Assembly (NCBI GenBank): GCA_026967815.1
Contig: JAPUUO010000001.1
Location: 4,034-68,033 of the forward strand
Direction of reading: 5' to 3'
Length of the DNA: 64,000 bases
Source: Candidatus Bathyarchaeota archaeon
GTDB lineage: Archaea; Thermoproteota; Bathyarchaeia; Bathyarchaeales; Bathyarchaeaceae
Shown here in pieces: positions 18,141-25,440 of this stretch (its first letter is position 1; each line of letters opens with the position of its first letter). Position numbers and translations under genes: made by a program. Under the pieces are notes generated by a model. The model was not told the origin of the DNA and ran no database searches. It saw only the letters and a program-made list of their open reading frames with translations.

Positions 18141-18175
18141 GGGCGACGCATCACCGCATCGCCCTTTTCTTTTCC
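18141..18175 (+). terminator. Intrinsic terminator of gene c
   Basis: GGGCGA 18141-18146 pairs with TCGCCC 18159-18164, followed by TTTTCTTTTCC. Confidence 0.6.
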
Positions 18176-18618
18176 TCCGCCATCACCTCGGCTTGCAGTT
18201 CCTCCGGCGTGAGGGGTTTCTTCTTGGGTCTTACGTTCAGTCCCATGCCGCGAAGTTTAGCCTCCAGTTCATCATCGCTCGTTGCCGCTGTCAGTGCCGC
18301 CTCTGTCCGCTCGCTCGGCTTCTCGTAGTCATAGTCGTAATAGCCCTTGTCAAGCAACATAAACGTTACCCAATTTTCGGTATCTAAAAACCAATACCGA
18401 AGCCAGCTCCATAGATTGTAGTTGCCGTAGATCGCCTTTATCTTCTCGTTGTCGGTTGCCTCGGCGAACAGACTGCCTACTTGCTGTCCTCCGCCTTTTT
18501 CTTCGTAGCGTCCTCCGCCGCTTGCGCCTCCGCCGCCCTCCATCTTTTCAGCGCCTCTCTTACGCCGTCGCCAATTGGTTTCATAGAGAGCGCGAGTTGA
18601 TGCTTTGTATTTTCCCAA
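18151..18618 (-). CDS. -1-frame extension of the tail chaperone (gpT-like part of a G-T fusion)
   Basis: The ORF is in the -1 frame relative to 18477-19043 (codon phase checked). There is no convincing independent start. Confidence 0.55.
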   Translation of the reverse strand: MGKYKASTRALYETNWRRRKRGAEKMEGGGGASGGGRYEEKGGGQQVGSLFAEATDNEKIKAIYGNYNLWSWLRYWFLDTENWVTFMLLDKGYYDYDYEKPSERTEAALTAATSDDELEAKLRGMGLNVRPKKKPLTPEELQAEVMAEEKKRAMR

Positions 18619-19043
18619 TTGGCTAAAGAAAAACCCACCTCTTCATCGTTTAAGGCGGCGTTGTTGATTGTGGCGGTATGCTCCTCGTATCGCAGCATGA
18701 GCCGCCGCCATGTCAGGGCGAAAAGAAACGGCACGAACAGAGCCTTGTTGCCTAACAGATAGTAGGCGGCTGTCTTGGCGTGGAGCGTGTCGAGCTTGCG
18801 CTGTATCTTCTTAGCCTTGCGCAGCGGCATTGCCTCTTTCTGCTTGCCCGACAGCGCGTAGGCTTCAAGTTCAAGCGTGTGGATGCGCTCTCTCACTTTC
18901 TTGCTCACCTGTCTTACGGTGTAAGTCTTGCCTCCGACGGCTATCACTCGCGGAAATCCGTGCTTGATATGCTCCTTTGCCGCTACCATGCGGTCAAGCT
19001 CCTCGGTTGTAAGCTCCTGCGGTTTTTCTTTGTCTTCGGTCAT
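18477..19043 (-). CDS. Tail assembly chaperone (gpG-like)
   Basis: 188-aa ORF upstream of the tape measure. Its 3' end overlaps a -1-frame ORF by 142 nt. Confidence 0.6.
   Translation of the reverse strand: MTEDKEKPQELTTEELDRMVAAKEHIKHGFPRVIAVGGKTYTVRQVSKKVRERIHTLELEAYALSGKQKEAMPLRKAKKIQRKLDTLHAKTAAYYLLGNKALFVPFLFALTWRRLMLRYEEHTATINNAALNDEEVGFSLANWENTKHQLALSMKPIGDGVREALKRWRAAEAQAAEDATKKKAEDSK
18495..18501 (-). promoter_or_regulatory. Candidate -1 slippery site G_AAA_AAG
   Basis: The minus-strand zero frame reads acg aag aaa aag gcg. Slipping -1 gives gaa aaa ggc gga (..KKGGGQQ..). Confidence 0.45.
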
Positions 19044-19044
19044 A

Positions 19045-19380
19045 TCACTCTTTATTTATCGGCTCTTTGCTCCATGTGGCGTGTTGCCGTATGAAATCAA
19101 GCACCATGCTCGGATAGCCGTCGGAATCGTTAAATTCAACCATGCGGGGTTCTTCTTTTCCCTGTGCAAGATTTACTACAACACTTAACAAGTCCTTGCA
19201 GTCAGCTTGCAGTTCGTCATATTTGCGCTGCAACTCCATCATAAGCTCCATGTCGGACTTCTGATGCGGAGGGCATAATATCCTCTCGGCAAACTCACGG
19301 CGTTCCGAATGGGGCATAAATCCAAGGCTGTCCCAAATGGATTCCAAAACTCGGTCTTTTGCTTTTTCGCTTTCAGTCAT
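19045..19380 (-). CDS. Hypothetical tail-module protein
   Basis: 111-aa ORF between the major tail and chaperone genes. Confidence 0.45.
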   Translation of the reverse strand: MTESEKAKDRVLESIWDSLGFMPHSERREFAERILCPPHQKSDMELMMELQRKYDELQADCKDLLSVVVNLAQGKEEPRMVEFNDSDGYPSMVLDFIRQHATWSKEPINKE

Positions 19381-19399
19381 TGGCGTGGTGGTGTGTTAA

Positions 19400-19431
19400 G
19401 AGGGGCGGCGGCATTGAAGCTACCGCCCCTC
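19400..19431 (-). terminator. GC-rich 9-bp hairpin after the major tail gene (partial terminator/stabiliser)
   Basis: GAGGGGCGG 19400-19408 pairs with CCGCCCCTC 19423-19431. There is no U-run. Confidence 0.4.
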
Positions 19432-19451
19432 GTTAAAAAGATTGTTATGAG

Positions 19452-20042
19452 TTACGCACCGGTGGCATAGGTGAGATTGATTTTGTCAATCAGCATCATC
19501 GTACCCAGCTTTTCGGTGTTGCAGTCCTGAGCCTTGCAGATCGCTTTCAGCGTAAACAGACCGTCCTCGGGAGTGGGGCCGGTGAGAATGCGCGCTTTCG
19601 GGAAAAAGATTGCCTTTTTCGCGGTGTCGTTGACAAGCGCGATAGGACGCTCGATGACGGGCATTTCCTCGGTAGTTGCCACTGCGGTCGCGCCTGTGCC
19701 GAAAGCACTGCCTGTGCCGAAGTTGGCGGTGGTGATGTCCTTGCCTTTCATAAAGGTTTTGAACTTGTCTGCCGAGAAGTCGGCCATCTCGAAGTCGTAG
19801 CCGTAAGAGCCTTTGGTCGGGTTGGAAACGATGATGTCGCCCTGTTCGTCGAGCTTGTCCTCAAACGAGGGGTCTTCGCCGTTCCATGTGGTCGAACCCT
19901 GGAACACCTGACCTACGTCGAAGCCGTCGGCTGTGATGTCGCCCACGGTTGCTGTGGAGTAGTCCTCCACCTCGTCAAAGACGATAATCATGCTCTGACC
20001 GTTAAAGACCGAGGTCGGGGTTGCTTTTTTAATTCCTGCCAT
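19452..20042 (-). CDS. Major tail protein
   Basis: 196 aa. Called from its position between the connector genes and the chaperones, and the hairpin after it. Confidence 0.55.
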   Translation of the reverse strand: MAGIKKATPTSVFNGQSMIIVFDEVEDYSTATVGDITADGFDVGQVFQGSTTWNGEDPSFEDKLDEQGDIIVSNPTKGSYGYDFEMADFSADKFKTFMKGKDITTANFGTGSAFGTGATAVATTEEMPVIERPIALVNDTAKKAIFFPKARILTGPTPEDGLFTLKAICKAQDCNTEKLGTMMLIDKINLTYATGA

Positions 20043-20072
20043 GATTTTATGGTTTTAATTGTTAATAATTCG

Positions 20073-20516
20073 TTATCTGTTTCGCCACCACACGTTCAGT
20101 ATCGTCGTGTAGTAGCCGTTGTTAAGGTTGGGTGTCGGGGGCGTTATCGGATTGTTCGCGTCAAGTCTGAAAAAGAACCGCTCCGATGCCGCTCCCCTGT
20201 TCAGCCGCTCCTCCACCTGCGCAATCAGCGAATTGTTGCGGTTGCGCTTGATGGTGTTGTCGCTGTTGCTCTTGCAGAGGATTTCAAGGGCAATATTGCC
20301 GTCCCACAGCCCGAAGCCGTCCGAGCCTCTTGTGCGCGGTCGCGGATTGCCGTTGGAGCGTAGCCTTATGAACTCGTCGCCAAGTCCGGTGCCGGGCATG
20401 GCGTTCTCGGCATACACCTTGACTGTCCGGCTCGCTGTCGCCGAGGTCTGCACCGCCACCTTGCCGTCAAGCAATGCCGCAAGTGCCGTGTCGGGAGTAA
20501 GGTCGGAGAGGTTCAT
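20073..20516 (-). CDS. Tail terminator-like protein
   Basis: 147 aa. Positional inference. Confidence 0.35.
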   Translation of the reverse strand: MNLSDLTPDTALAALLDGKVAVQTSATASRTVKVYAENAMPGTGLGDEFIRLRSNGNPRPRTRGSDGFGLWDGNIALEILCKSNSDNTIKRNRNNSLIAQVEERLNRGAASERFFFRLDANNPITPPTPNLNNGYYTTILNVWWRNR

Positions 20517-21031
20517 ATTGCGGATGGATTAATAGGCTGCAAACCTGTTATCACGTTCTGGAAAAGCACCTCACCAAGTCCATCAAAGAACCCAACGCCT
20601 CGCCCACGCTTTGAGCCTTGCGTGTTTATCTTGTAAGCGTATGACACAGTAGAAAAAAGCACTATCCAAATCCCTTTTGAGAATTGCGTGGCAGCTGCTT
20701 GCACGGCATTTCGCAAAGCGATAGAGCCATCAATGCCTATCTCGCCCTGATTCGTTTGCTGCTCTACGGCAATAGCTGTAGGCAAATAGGAACTTAGCCG
20801 ACCGTCGATATACACGCCCACGCCGGTGGCATCATGGAGATTGCCTGTATCAACCGGGAACTGCATATTGCCATACGGTGGGATGAAACCACCGTCGATA
20901 TAGGCAACCAATTTCTCCGCCACACCACGCAACATTGTTTCAAGTTTGACCTTGATAACACGCTCTGCGTAGTTATTCAGACCAACCTTGAATACTTTGC
21001 TGTTATGTGCTGTGTAGCCGCTCATTGTCAA
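20513..21031 (-). CDS. Neck/tail-completion protein (HK97 gp10-like)
   Basis: 172 aa. Called from the ..FPVDTGNLHDATG.. motif region and position. Confidence 0.4.
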   Translation of the reverse strand: MTMSGYTAHNSKVFKVGLNNYAERVIKVKLETMLRGVAEKLVAYIDGGFIPPYGNMQFPVDTGNLHDATGVGVYIDGRLSSYLPTAIAVEQQTNQGEIGIDGSIALRNAVQAAATQFSKGIWIVLFSTVSYAYKINTQGSKRGRGVGFFDGLGEVLFQNVITGLQPINPSAI

Positions 21032-21378
21032 TCTCCTGCTCCTTGCTTTATCTCAATCTCTGTCACCCAGCTGCCGTCAAGCTCAATCTTCACGTCGTTG
21101 GCTTCGTCAATCACTCCGTGGAATCTGCGACCCGATTCAGTTACCCAGTCTATCACATCGCCGTTGGAAATCATTTCGCCGTCAGCGGTTCTGATTATTC
21201 CGGGTAAATAAATCTTGTCGTTTGTCCGCACCGCTATCATGCCGCGCGTCTGCTCTCCGGGCTGGAAGTCGCACACATCGTCATAAATCACTTTGGGAGC
21301 AAGCGGCTCGTCGTATTCGTCGTAGCCGTTCTGCTCGCGTGTGATTTTGCAGTGGTCGGGGTAGCTCAGCATTGCCAT
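21028..21378 (-). CDS. Head-closure / head-tail adaptor protein
   Basis: 116 aa. Called from position and size. Confidence 0.4.
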   Translation of the reverse strand: MAMLSYPDHCKITREQNGYDEYDEPLAPKVIYDDVCDFQPGEQTRGMIAVRTNDKIYLPGIIRTADGEMISNGDVIDWVTESGRRFHGVIDEANDVKIELDGSWVTEIEIKQGAGD

Positions 21379-21803
21379 CTTCGTGGAGGTCTGTTTATCC
21401 TGTTGGTTGCGTCAAACATCCCGCCCTCGTCCGCATCGGGTTCTTCGATGTCAAGTCCGAACTTGGTGCGGATTCGGTCGGCACGGTTGCGGAAAGCCTC
21501 GCGGTCACGGGTGGTGAACGAATGTCCGCCGCGGGTCACTTGACGGTTGCCACGCTTCTCGCTCCTTGACCCCGTGCTTGTCGCCGAGGACATGGCGTAG
21601 AGTAAAGTGGAGAGGGCATACTGCAAGCTGTTGGCAAACACCTCGTCGCCGACATAATCATTTTTATCCTCGCTAAGGCTCAATGCCCGAAAACGAGGGT
21701 CGTTTACATCGCCCGGCGAATCCGCCGCCACGGCAAGCACATCCGCTTCAAGCTGCTCGCCTATGCCTTGGAACTGCCCTCTAAGCCACTTCTCTACCGT
21801 CAT
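21366..21803 (-). CDS. Head-tail connector protein
   Basis: 145 aa, directly downstream of the capsid gene. Confidence 0.4.
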   Translation of the reverse strand: MTVEKWLRGQFQGIGEQLEADVLAVAADSPGDVNDPRFRALSLSEDKNDYVGDEVFANSLQYALSTLLYAMSSATSTGSRSEKRGNRQVTRGGHSFTTRDREAFRNRADRIRTKFGLDIEEPDADEGGMFDATNRINRPPRRWQC

Positions 21804-21815
21804 AGCTCAGTCGGA

Positions 21816-23120
21816 TTATGCGCTCTTGGCGCGAGTGGTTGTAGATCCCGATGCAATCTCCTCGACCTCGACGTAATAGAGGTCGCTGGGGCAGGTCGGC
21901 ACTGCGAGGAAAGACACCTCTGAAATCCACTCCTGCGTCTTTTGACGACCGTCATAGAAGTATTCAATGATACCCCATCCGTTCATGAAGTTTGCATACA
22001 CATACTCCTTGTCGGGGCGGATAACCTGCACAGGCTGAATAATGCCGATGTTGCCGGTCGGGCGAAGGAGAACCACGCCTTCCTCAAACACGTTGAGCTT
22101 CTTGGTCTTGTACCTCTTTGTCGTACCGTCGAGCTTATCAACGCCTACAACTGCCGTGTGGAGTTTTACTTCGTCAGCACCCACAGCAGATTTGAACCAT
22201 GCTACTGCTGCGGCATCACTCCATTCAAGAAGTTGATTGCGGCCTACATCCTGCGCTTTGGCTGAGGCGGCGGTATTCTTGCTGAGTCCGGCAACGAGGA
22301 TTGCAAGCTCTTTATTGGGGTTGCCAATCATTTCAAGCACCTCGGGGTGTTCGAGCATACGGAAGAAGGTACGGTAGTTCATTTCGACACGTACATTGGT
22401 ATATCCGTTATACTGGTCCATGCGAAGCTCACGAATCTTCTTCTTGAGCGTCATTACAGGGTTGACCGTGGTGACGTATTCAAGAGAGCCGTCCGCCTTG
22501 ACAGTGTACCACTTTTCTTTTGTCACATTGCCTTCCGGCACTCGCGACTCAAACTTCACACCCACAATGCCATCAGGGTTGTTCTCTCGTGTGATATAAA
22601 GACCACGCTTGGAAAGCATCTGGCCGCACTGATAGTTCAGCGACGCAACCGTGGATTCGGGGAATGCACGGAGGTCTTCAGTGGTTGAGCGAATAAGGTA
22701 ATCACGGAGCGACTGACGCGCAACGTTGCCATTTCTGCCGTTGCTTTCAAGCACTGCTGAGAAAACAGAGTCCTGTGCGGCAAGCAGACGATCCTTGTAA
22801 TCATCCTTGCCAAGTTTTACGGCATAGCGTATTGTCGGAATGCTCTCCGACCACTTGGTCAGTTCTGCCTCACGTCCACGGGCGATGGGTTCAGAGTCCT
22901 CGCTGGTGTAGGTCGCCATACCGCGCAGATATTTCTTCGCTTCGGCAAATTTCACCTCGGAATTAAGTTTGATAGGCGCATTAGTGAAACCGTCGGTTTC
23001 AAGGTCAGTGGTTTCATAGCCTTTCAGAGCGGTGTCATAGAATGTCTGAAGGCGTGAGGACGAATTTAAGTCCAGTGTCGAGGCAATATCAAGGCCTGCT
23101 ACAAATTCTTCGATATTCAT
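21816..23120 (-). CDS. Major capsid protein
   Basis: 434 aa. Called from its position after the scaffold and auxiliary head genes. Confidence 0.6.
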   Translation of the reverse strand: MNIEEFVAGLDIASTLDLNSSSRLQTFYDTALKGYETTDLETDGFTNAPIKLNSEVKFAEAKKYLRGMATYTSEDSEPIARGREAELTKWSESIPTIRYAVKLGKDDYKDRLLAAQDSVFSAVLESNGRNGNVARQSLRDYLIRSTTEDLRAFPESTVASLNYQCGQMLSKRGLYITRENNPDGIVGVKFESRVPEGNVTKEKWYTVKADGSLEYVTTVNPVMTLKKKIRELRMDQYNGYTNVRVEMNYRTFFRMLEHPEVLEMIGNPNKELAILVAGLSKNTAASAKAQDVGRNQLLEWSDAAAVAWFKSAVGADEVKLHTAVVGVDKLDGTTKRYKTKKLNVFEEGVVLLRPTGNIGIIQPVQVIRPDKEYVYANFMNGWGIIEYFYDGRQKTQEWISEVSFLAVPTCPSDLYYVEVEEIASGSTTTRAKSA

Positions 23121-23125
23121 ACGAC

Positions 23126-23521
23126 TTAATCTTTAATTTGGGGATAAAACTTGATGCGGAATTTTACCGCTTCTTTCTGCTCGTCAGAGATTTCAGCGTC
23201 AATGCGGTCAATCAGAAGCTCACCGCCGTCAATCACGTCAAGCGTGCAGCAGTCTGGCCCCATCGGGGTGTCATGTTCAAGTAGTCCGCTGTAAGGAAGT
23301 GTGAGGTCGGCTGCCGCGCCTACGGTAGCTGCGCCGCCGATTTCAGTCATCGACACGGGAGTACCGAGTGGAATCACTTTACCCTCCGGCCATTCATCAC
23401 TCTTGGCGAGGACTCCGCCCACGGGGATTCGGGAGGTGATTCGGTGCCATGCGTTGAGCGTCCTTACGCCAACGCTGGGATATTCCTTGATACCATGCGA
23501 ATTACCATAATTCTTTGCCAT
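23126..23521 (-). CDS. Head auxiliary/decoration-like protein
   Basis: 131 aa, between the scaffold and capsid genes. Confidence 0.35.
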   Translation of the reverse strand: MAKNYGNSHGIKEYPSVGVRTLNAWHRITSRIPVGGVLAKSDEWPEGKVIPLGTPVSMTEIGGAATVGAAADLTLPYSGLLEHDTPMGPDCCTLDVIDGGELLIDRIDAEISDEQKEAVKFRIKFYPQIKD

Positions 23522-23569
23522 TGATGTTCGGAATTTTAGATGTTAATAATCTGGTTGATTGCATGGCAA

Positions 23570-24247
23570 CTATTCCTCCTTGCCGAGTGCCCTGCGGATT
23601 TCAGCTGCAAAAGCAGCGTCCGCTTCTTTGGGGTCTGTTCCTGCCCCTCCGTCGCTCTGAAATGGCTTGGTCGTGTCTACGCCTTTCTTGCTTACCGCCT
23701 TGTTGAATTTCTCCTTGAACTTGGTGGTAAGCTCATCAGCAGTCCATTTCTTCCCGCTGACTTCGTAAAGCTCCATCACGCGCTCGTAAGCGTCCTCGCA
23801 CTCCGTAGGGTAGCCTTTGGCATAGTCCCACGATGCTTTGAGGTCGTTAAGTGCGGCTACTGCCGATTTCTGCGACTGTGCGGTTTCAAACTGCGTCAGC
23901 CTCTCAGTTATCGGATTCAGCTTCTTGTCAAGAGCCGCCTCGATAAGCGCAGCGATGTCCGGCGTTTCGGGCTTCGGTTCGGGTGGATTGTTGCCGTTGT
24001 CAGGCTCATCAACTTTTGGTGTGTTATTAGGCTTCGGTACAAACCGCTCCAAATCCCGCACTTTGTCATTGATGCTCTGATATGACCTGAGCAGACTAAG
24101 TGTGCTTTCGCTGTTGACGAATCCCTCAATCGCGCTCTCGTCAGTGATGAAAGTTTCTACGGAAGCGGCTACCCTTTCAAATACCTCGTCACTCAGACCC
24201 AGTTTCTTATGACCCTGTTTCAGTGCTTCCTTGATTTTTTGCTTCAT
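23570..24247 (-). CDS. Scaffolding protein
   Basis: 225 aa, helical and charged. First structural gene upstream of the capsid. Confidence 0.5.
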   Translation of the reverse strand: MKQKIKEALKQGHKKLGLSDEVFERVAASVETFITDESAIEGFVNSESTLSLLRSYQSINDKVRDLERFVPKPNNTPKVDEPDNGNNPPEPKPETPDIAALIEAALDKKLNPITERLTQFETAQSQKSAVAALNDLKASWDYAKGYPTECEDAYERVMELYEVSGKKWTADELTTKFKEKFNKAVSKKGVDTTKPFQSDGGAGTDPKEADAAFAAEIRRALGKEE

Positions 24248-24270
24248 TGTGAAGTAGTTAGTTGGTTAAT

Positions 24271-24320
24271 AAAAAAAGAGCCGACAAACGCTGTTACACG
24301 TCTATCGGCTCTGTGGCTCT
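24271..24320 (-). terminator. Strong intrinsic terminator downstream of the tRNA (AGAGCC-doublet element, copy 2)
   Basis: Minus strand reads AGAGCC(24320-24315) AC AGAGCCGA(24312-24305) loop UCGGCUCU(24284-24277) U7. Confidence 0.7.
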
Positions 24321-24331
24321 AATTGTATTTG

Positions 24332-24403
24332 TGGCGCGGGGCGGACTCGAACCGCCGACCTTAGCCTTATGAGGGCTACGAGCTACCGCTGCTCTACCGC
24401 GCT
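24332..24403 (-). tRNA. tRNA with CAT anticodon (Met; Ile2 or initiator-like not excluded)
   Basis: Hand-folded 72-nt cloverleaf: AGCGCGG-TA-GAGC-AGCGGTA-GCTC-G-TAGCC-CTCATAA-GGCTA-AGGTC-GGCGG-TTCGAGT-CCGCC-CCGCGCC-A. Position 1:72 is an A.C mismatch. No CCA is encoded. Confidence 0.8.
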
Positions 24404-24417
24404 ATGTCTAAACCAAC

Positions 24418-24461
24418 AGAGCCGACAAATGCACTCTTGCATCCATCGGCTCTGTGGCTCT
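24418..24461 (-). promoter_or_regulatory. Hairpin paralogous to the tRNA terminator (AGAGCC-doublet element, copy 3)
   Basis: Minus strand reads AGAGCC(24461-24456) AC AGAGCCGA(24453-24446) loop UCGGCUCU(24425-24418) GUUGGUUU. Confidence 0.6.
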
Positions 24462-24478
24462 GTGGTTAAACAATCTTT

Positions 24479-24643
24479 TTACCTGTCAAGGCTGTACTTC
24501 CGCATGTCTATCGGTATCTCTTTACCGCATTTTTTACAAAACAGAAACACAATGCCCCGGCCTACAATATCTTCATATCTGCCGAGTAGTTTCGGCTTGC
24601 GTCCTAATTCCGCACATCTCGGACAATAAATATCACCCCTCAT
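24479..24643 (-). CDS. Zinc-ribbon micro-protein (54 aa)
   Basis: Hand-translated as MRGDIYCPRCAELGRKPKLLGRYEDIVGRGIVFLFCKKCGKEIPIDMRKYSLDR. ATGA overlap with the HNH stop. Confidence 0.55.
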   Translation of the reverse strand: MRGDIYCPRCAELGRKPKLLGRYEDIVGRGIVFLFCKKCGKEIPIDMRKYSLDR

Positions 24644-25281
24644 ATCTGCAATGAACTCACATCTTTAACATACATCCATTTATAACCTTTTGACTGCCTA
24701 AGGATGCCACGAGCAGCTGCGCTAATATTATTAACGCCGGTGACACGTGTTGCTTCTTTAACCGATGGGAACGACGCCAATATGTTGCCGTTCATGTCCA
24801 TTTGGTATACGGCTTTATCGTTATTAGGGAGTTTATGCGTTTTATGCACAGAATGCTTTTTGACATTTTTGCAAACCTTATGCGCATAACGTGCTGCATG
24901 AGCTGCCTTTCGTCTTGCATTTGCGCTACCATAGTTTACATTATATAAATGAGTACACCACTCTAAATTCTCAACAATGTTATTAGACTTGTTTTCATCC
25001 TTGTGGTTAATACATCTCAAACCATCAGGATTGGGAAGAAAAGCGAGCGCGATAAGACGATGAGTTCTGATTGATTTACCTTTGCCACCCCTGCTCAACC
25101 AGCAAAGTTTATATCCGTGTCCGTCGCTCCCTTGCGACAAAACCCGTTCAGGATAGCTTCTTGTATATCGGGTGCCTTTATGAAATTCGACCATATTTCG
25201 GGCAAGACTTTTCACCCTGCCAAGATTGCTTGCTTGGTAAAGTCCTTCATATCCGGGTATGTCACGCCATTCTTCGGTCAT
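24640..25281 (-). CDS. NUMOD4/HNH homing endonuclease adjacent to terL
   Basis: From ATG 25281: MTEEWRDIPGYEGLYQASNLGRVKS..HRLIALAFLPNPDGLRCINHKDENKSNNIVENLEW, with a C-terminal KGYKWMY repeat. Confidence 0.85.
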   Translation of the reverse strand: MTEEWRDIPGYEGLYQASNLGRVKSLARNMVEFHKGTRYTRSYPERVLSQGSDGHGYKLCWLSRGGKGKSIRTHRLIALAFLPNPDGLRCINHKDENKSNNIVENLEWCTHLYNVNYGSANARRKAAHAARYAHKVCKNVKKHSVHKTHKLPNNDKAVYQMDMNGNILASFPSVKEATRVTGVNNISAAARGILRQSKGYKWMYVKDVSSLQI

Positions 25282-25302
25282 ATTTGTAATTCTTTCTGCG
25301 TG

Positions 25303-25371
25303 CAAATATAATGTGTTTTTGTAGATTGCGCAAGAAAAACTATAAAATAACTTTAGATTTTATTATCTTTG
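25303..25371. promoter_or_regulatory. Divergent late-promoter region
   Basis: Minus-strand -7 box TATATTTG (25310-25303) faces the HNH gene. Plus-strand -7 box TATCTTTG (25364-25371) faces terL. The -33 elements are weak. Confidence 0.5.
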
Positions 25372-25381
25372 CACCAAAATC

Positions 25382-25433
25382 AGAGCCGCAGAGCCACTTG
25401 ACCCCATCGCGTCAGGTGGCTTTCGCGGTTTTT
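25382..25433 (+). promoter_or_regulatory. AGAGCC-doublet + hairpin + U-run in the terL leader (copy 4)
   Basis: AGAGCC 25382-25387, GC, AGAGCC 25390-25395. A 10-bp stem GCCACTTGAC 25393-25402 / GTCAGGTGGC 25411-25420 follows, then TTTCGCGGTTTTT. Confidence 0.6.
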
Positions 25434-25440
25434 AGCATCT

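Noticed and set aside
24369-24654. Plus-strand ORFs 24369-24629 and 24454-24654
   Set aside because: They overlap the tRNA, the hairpin module and the better-supported minus-strand zinc-ribbon ORF. Their translations have no features.
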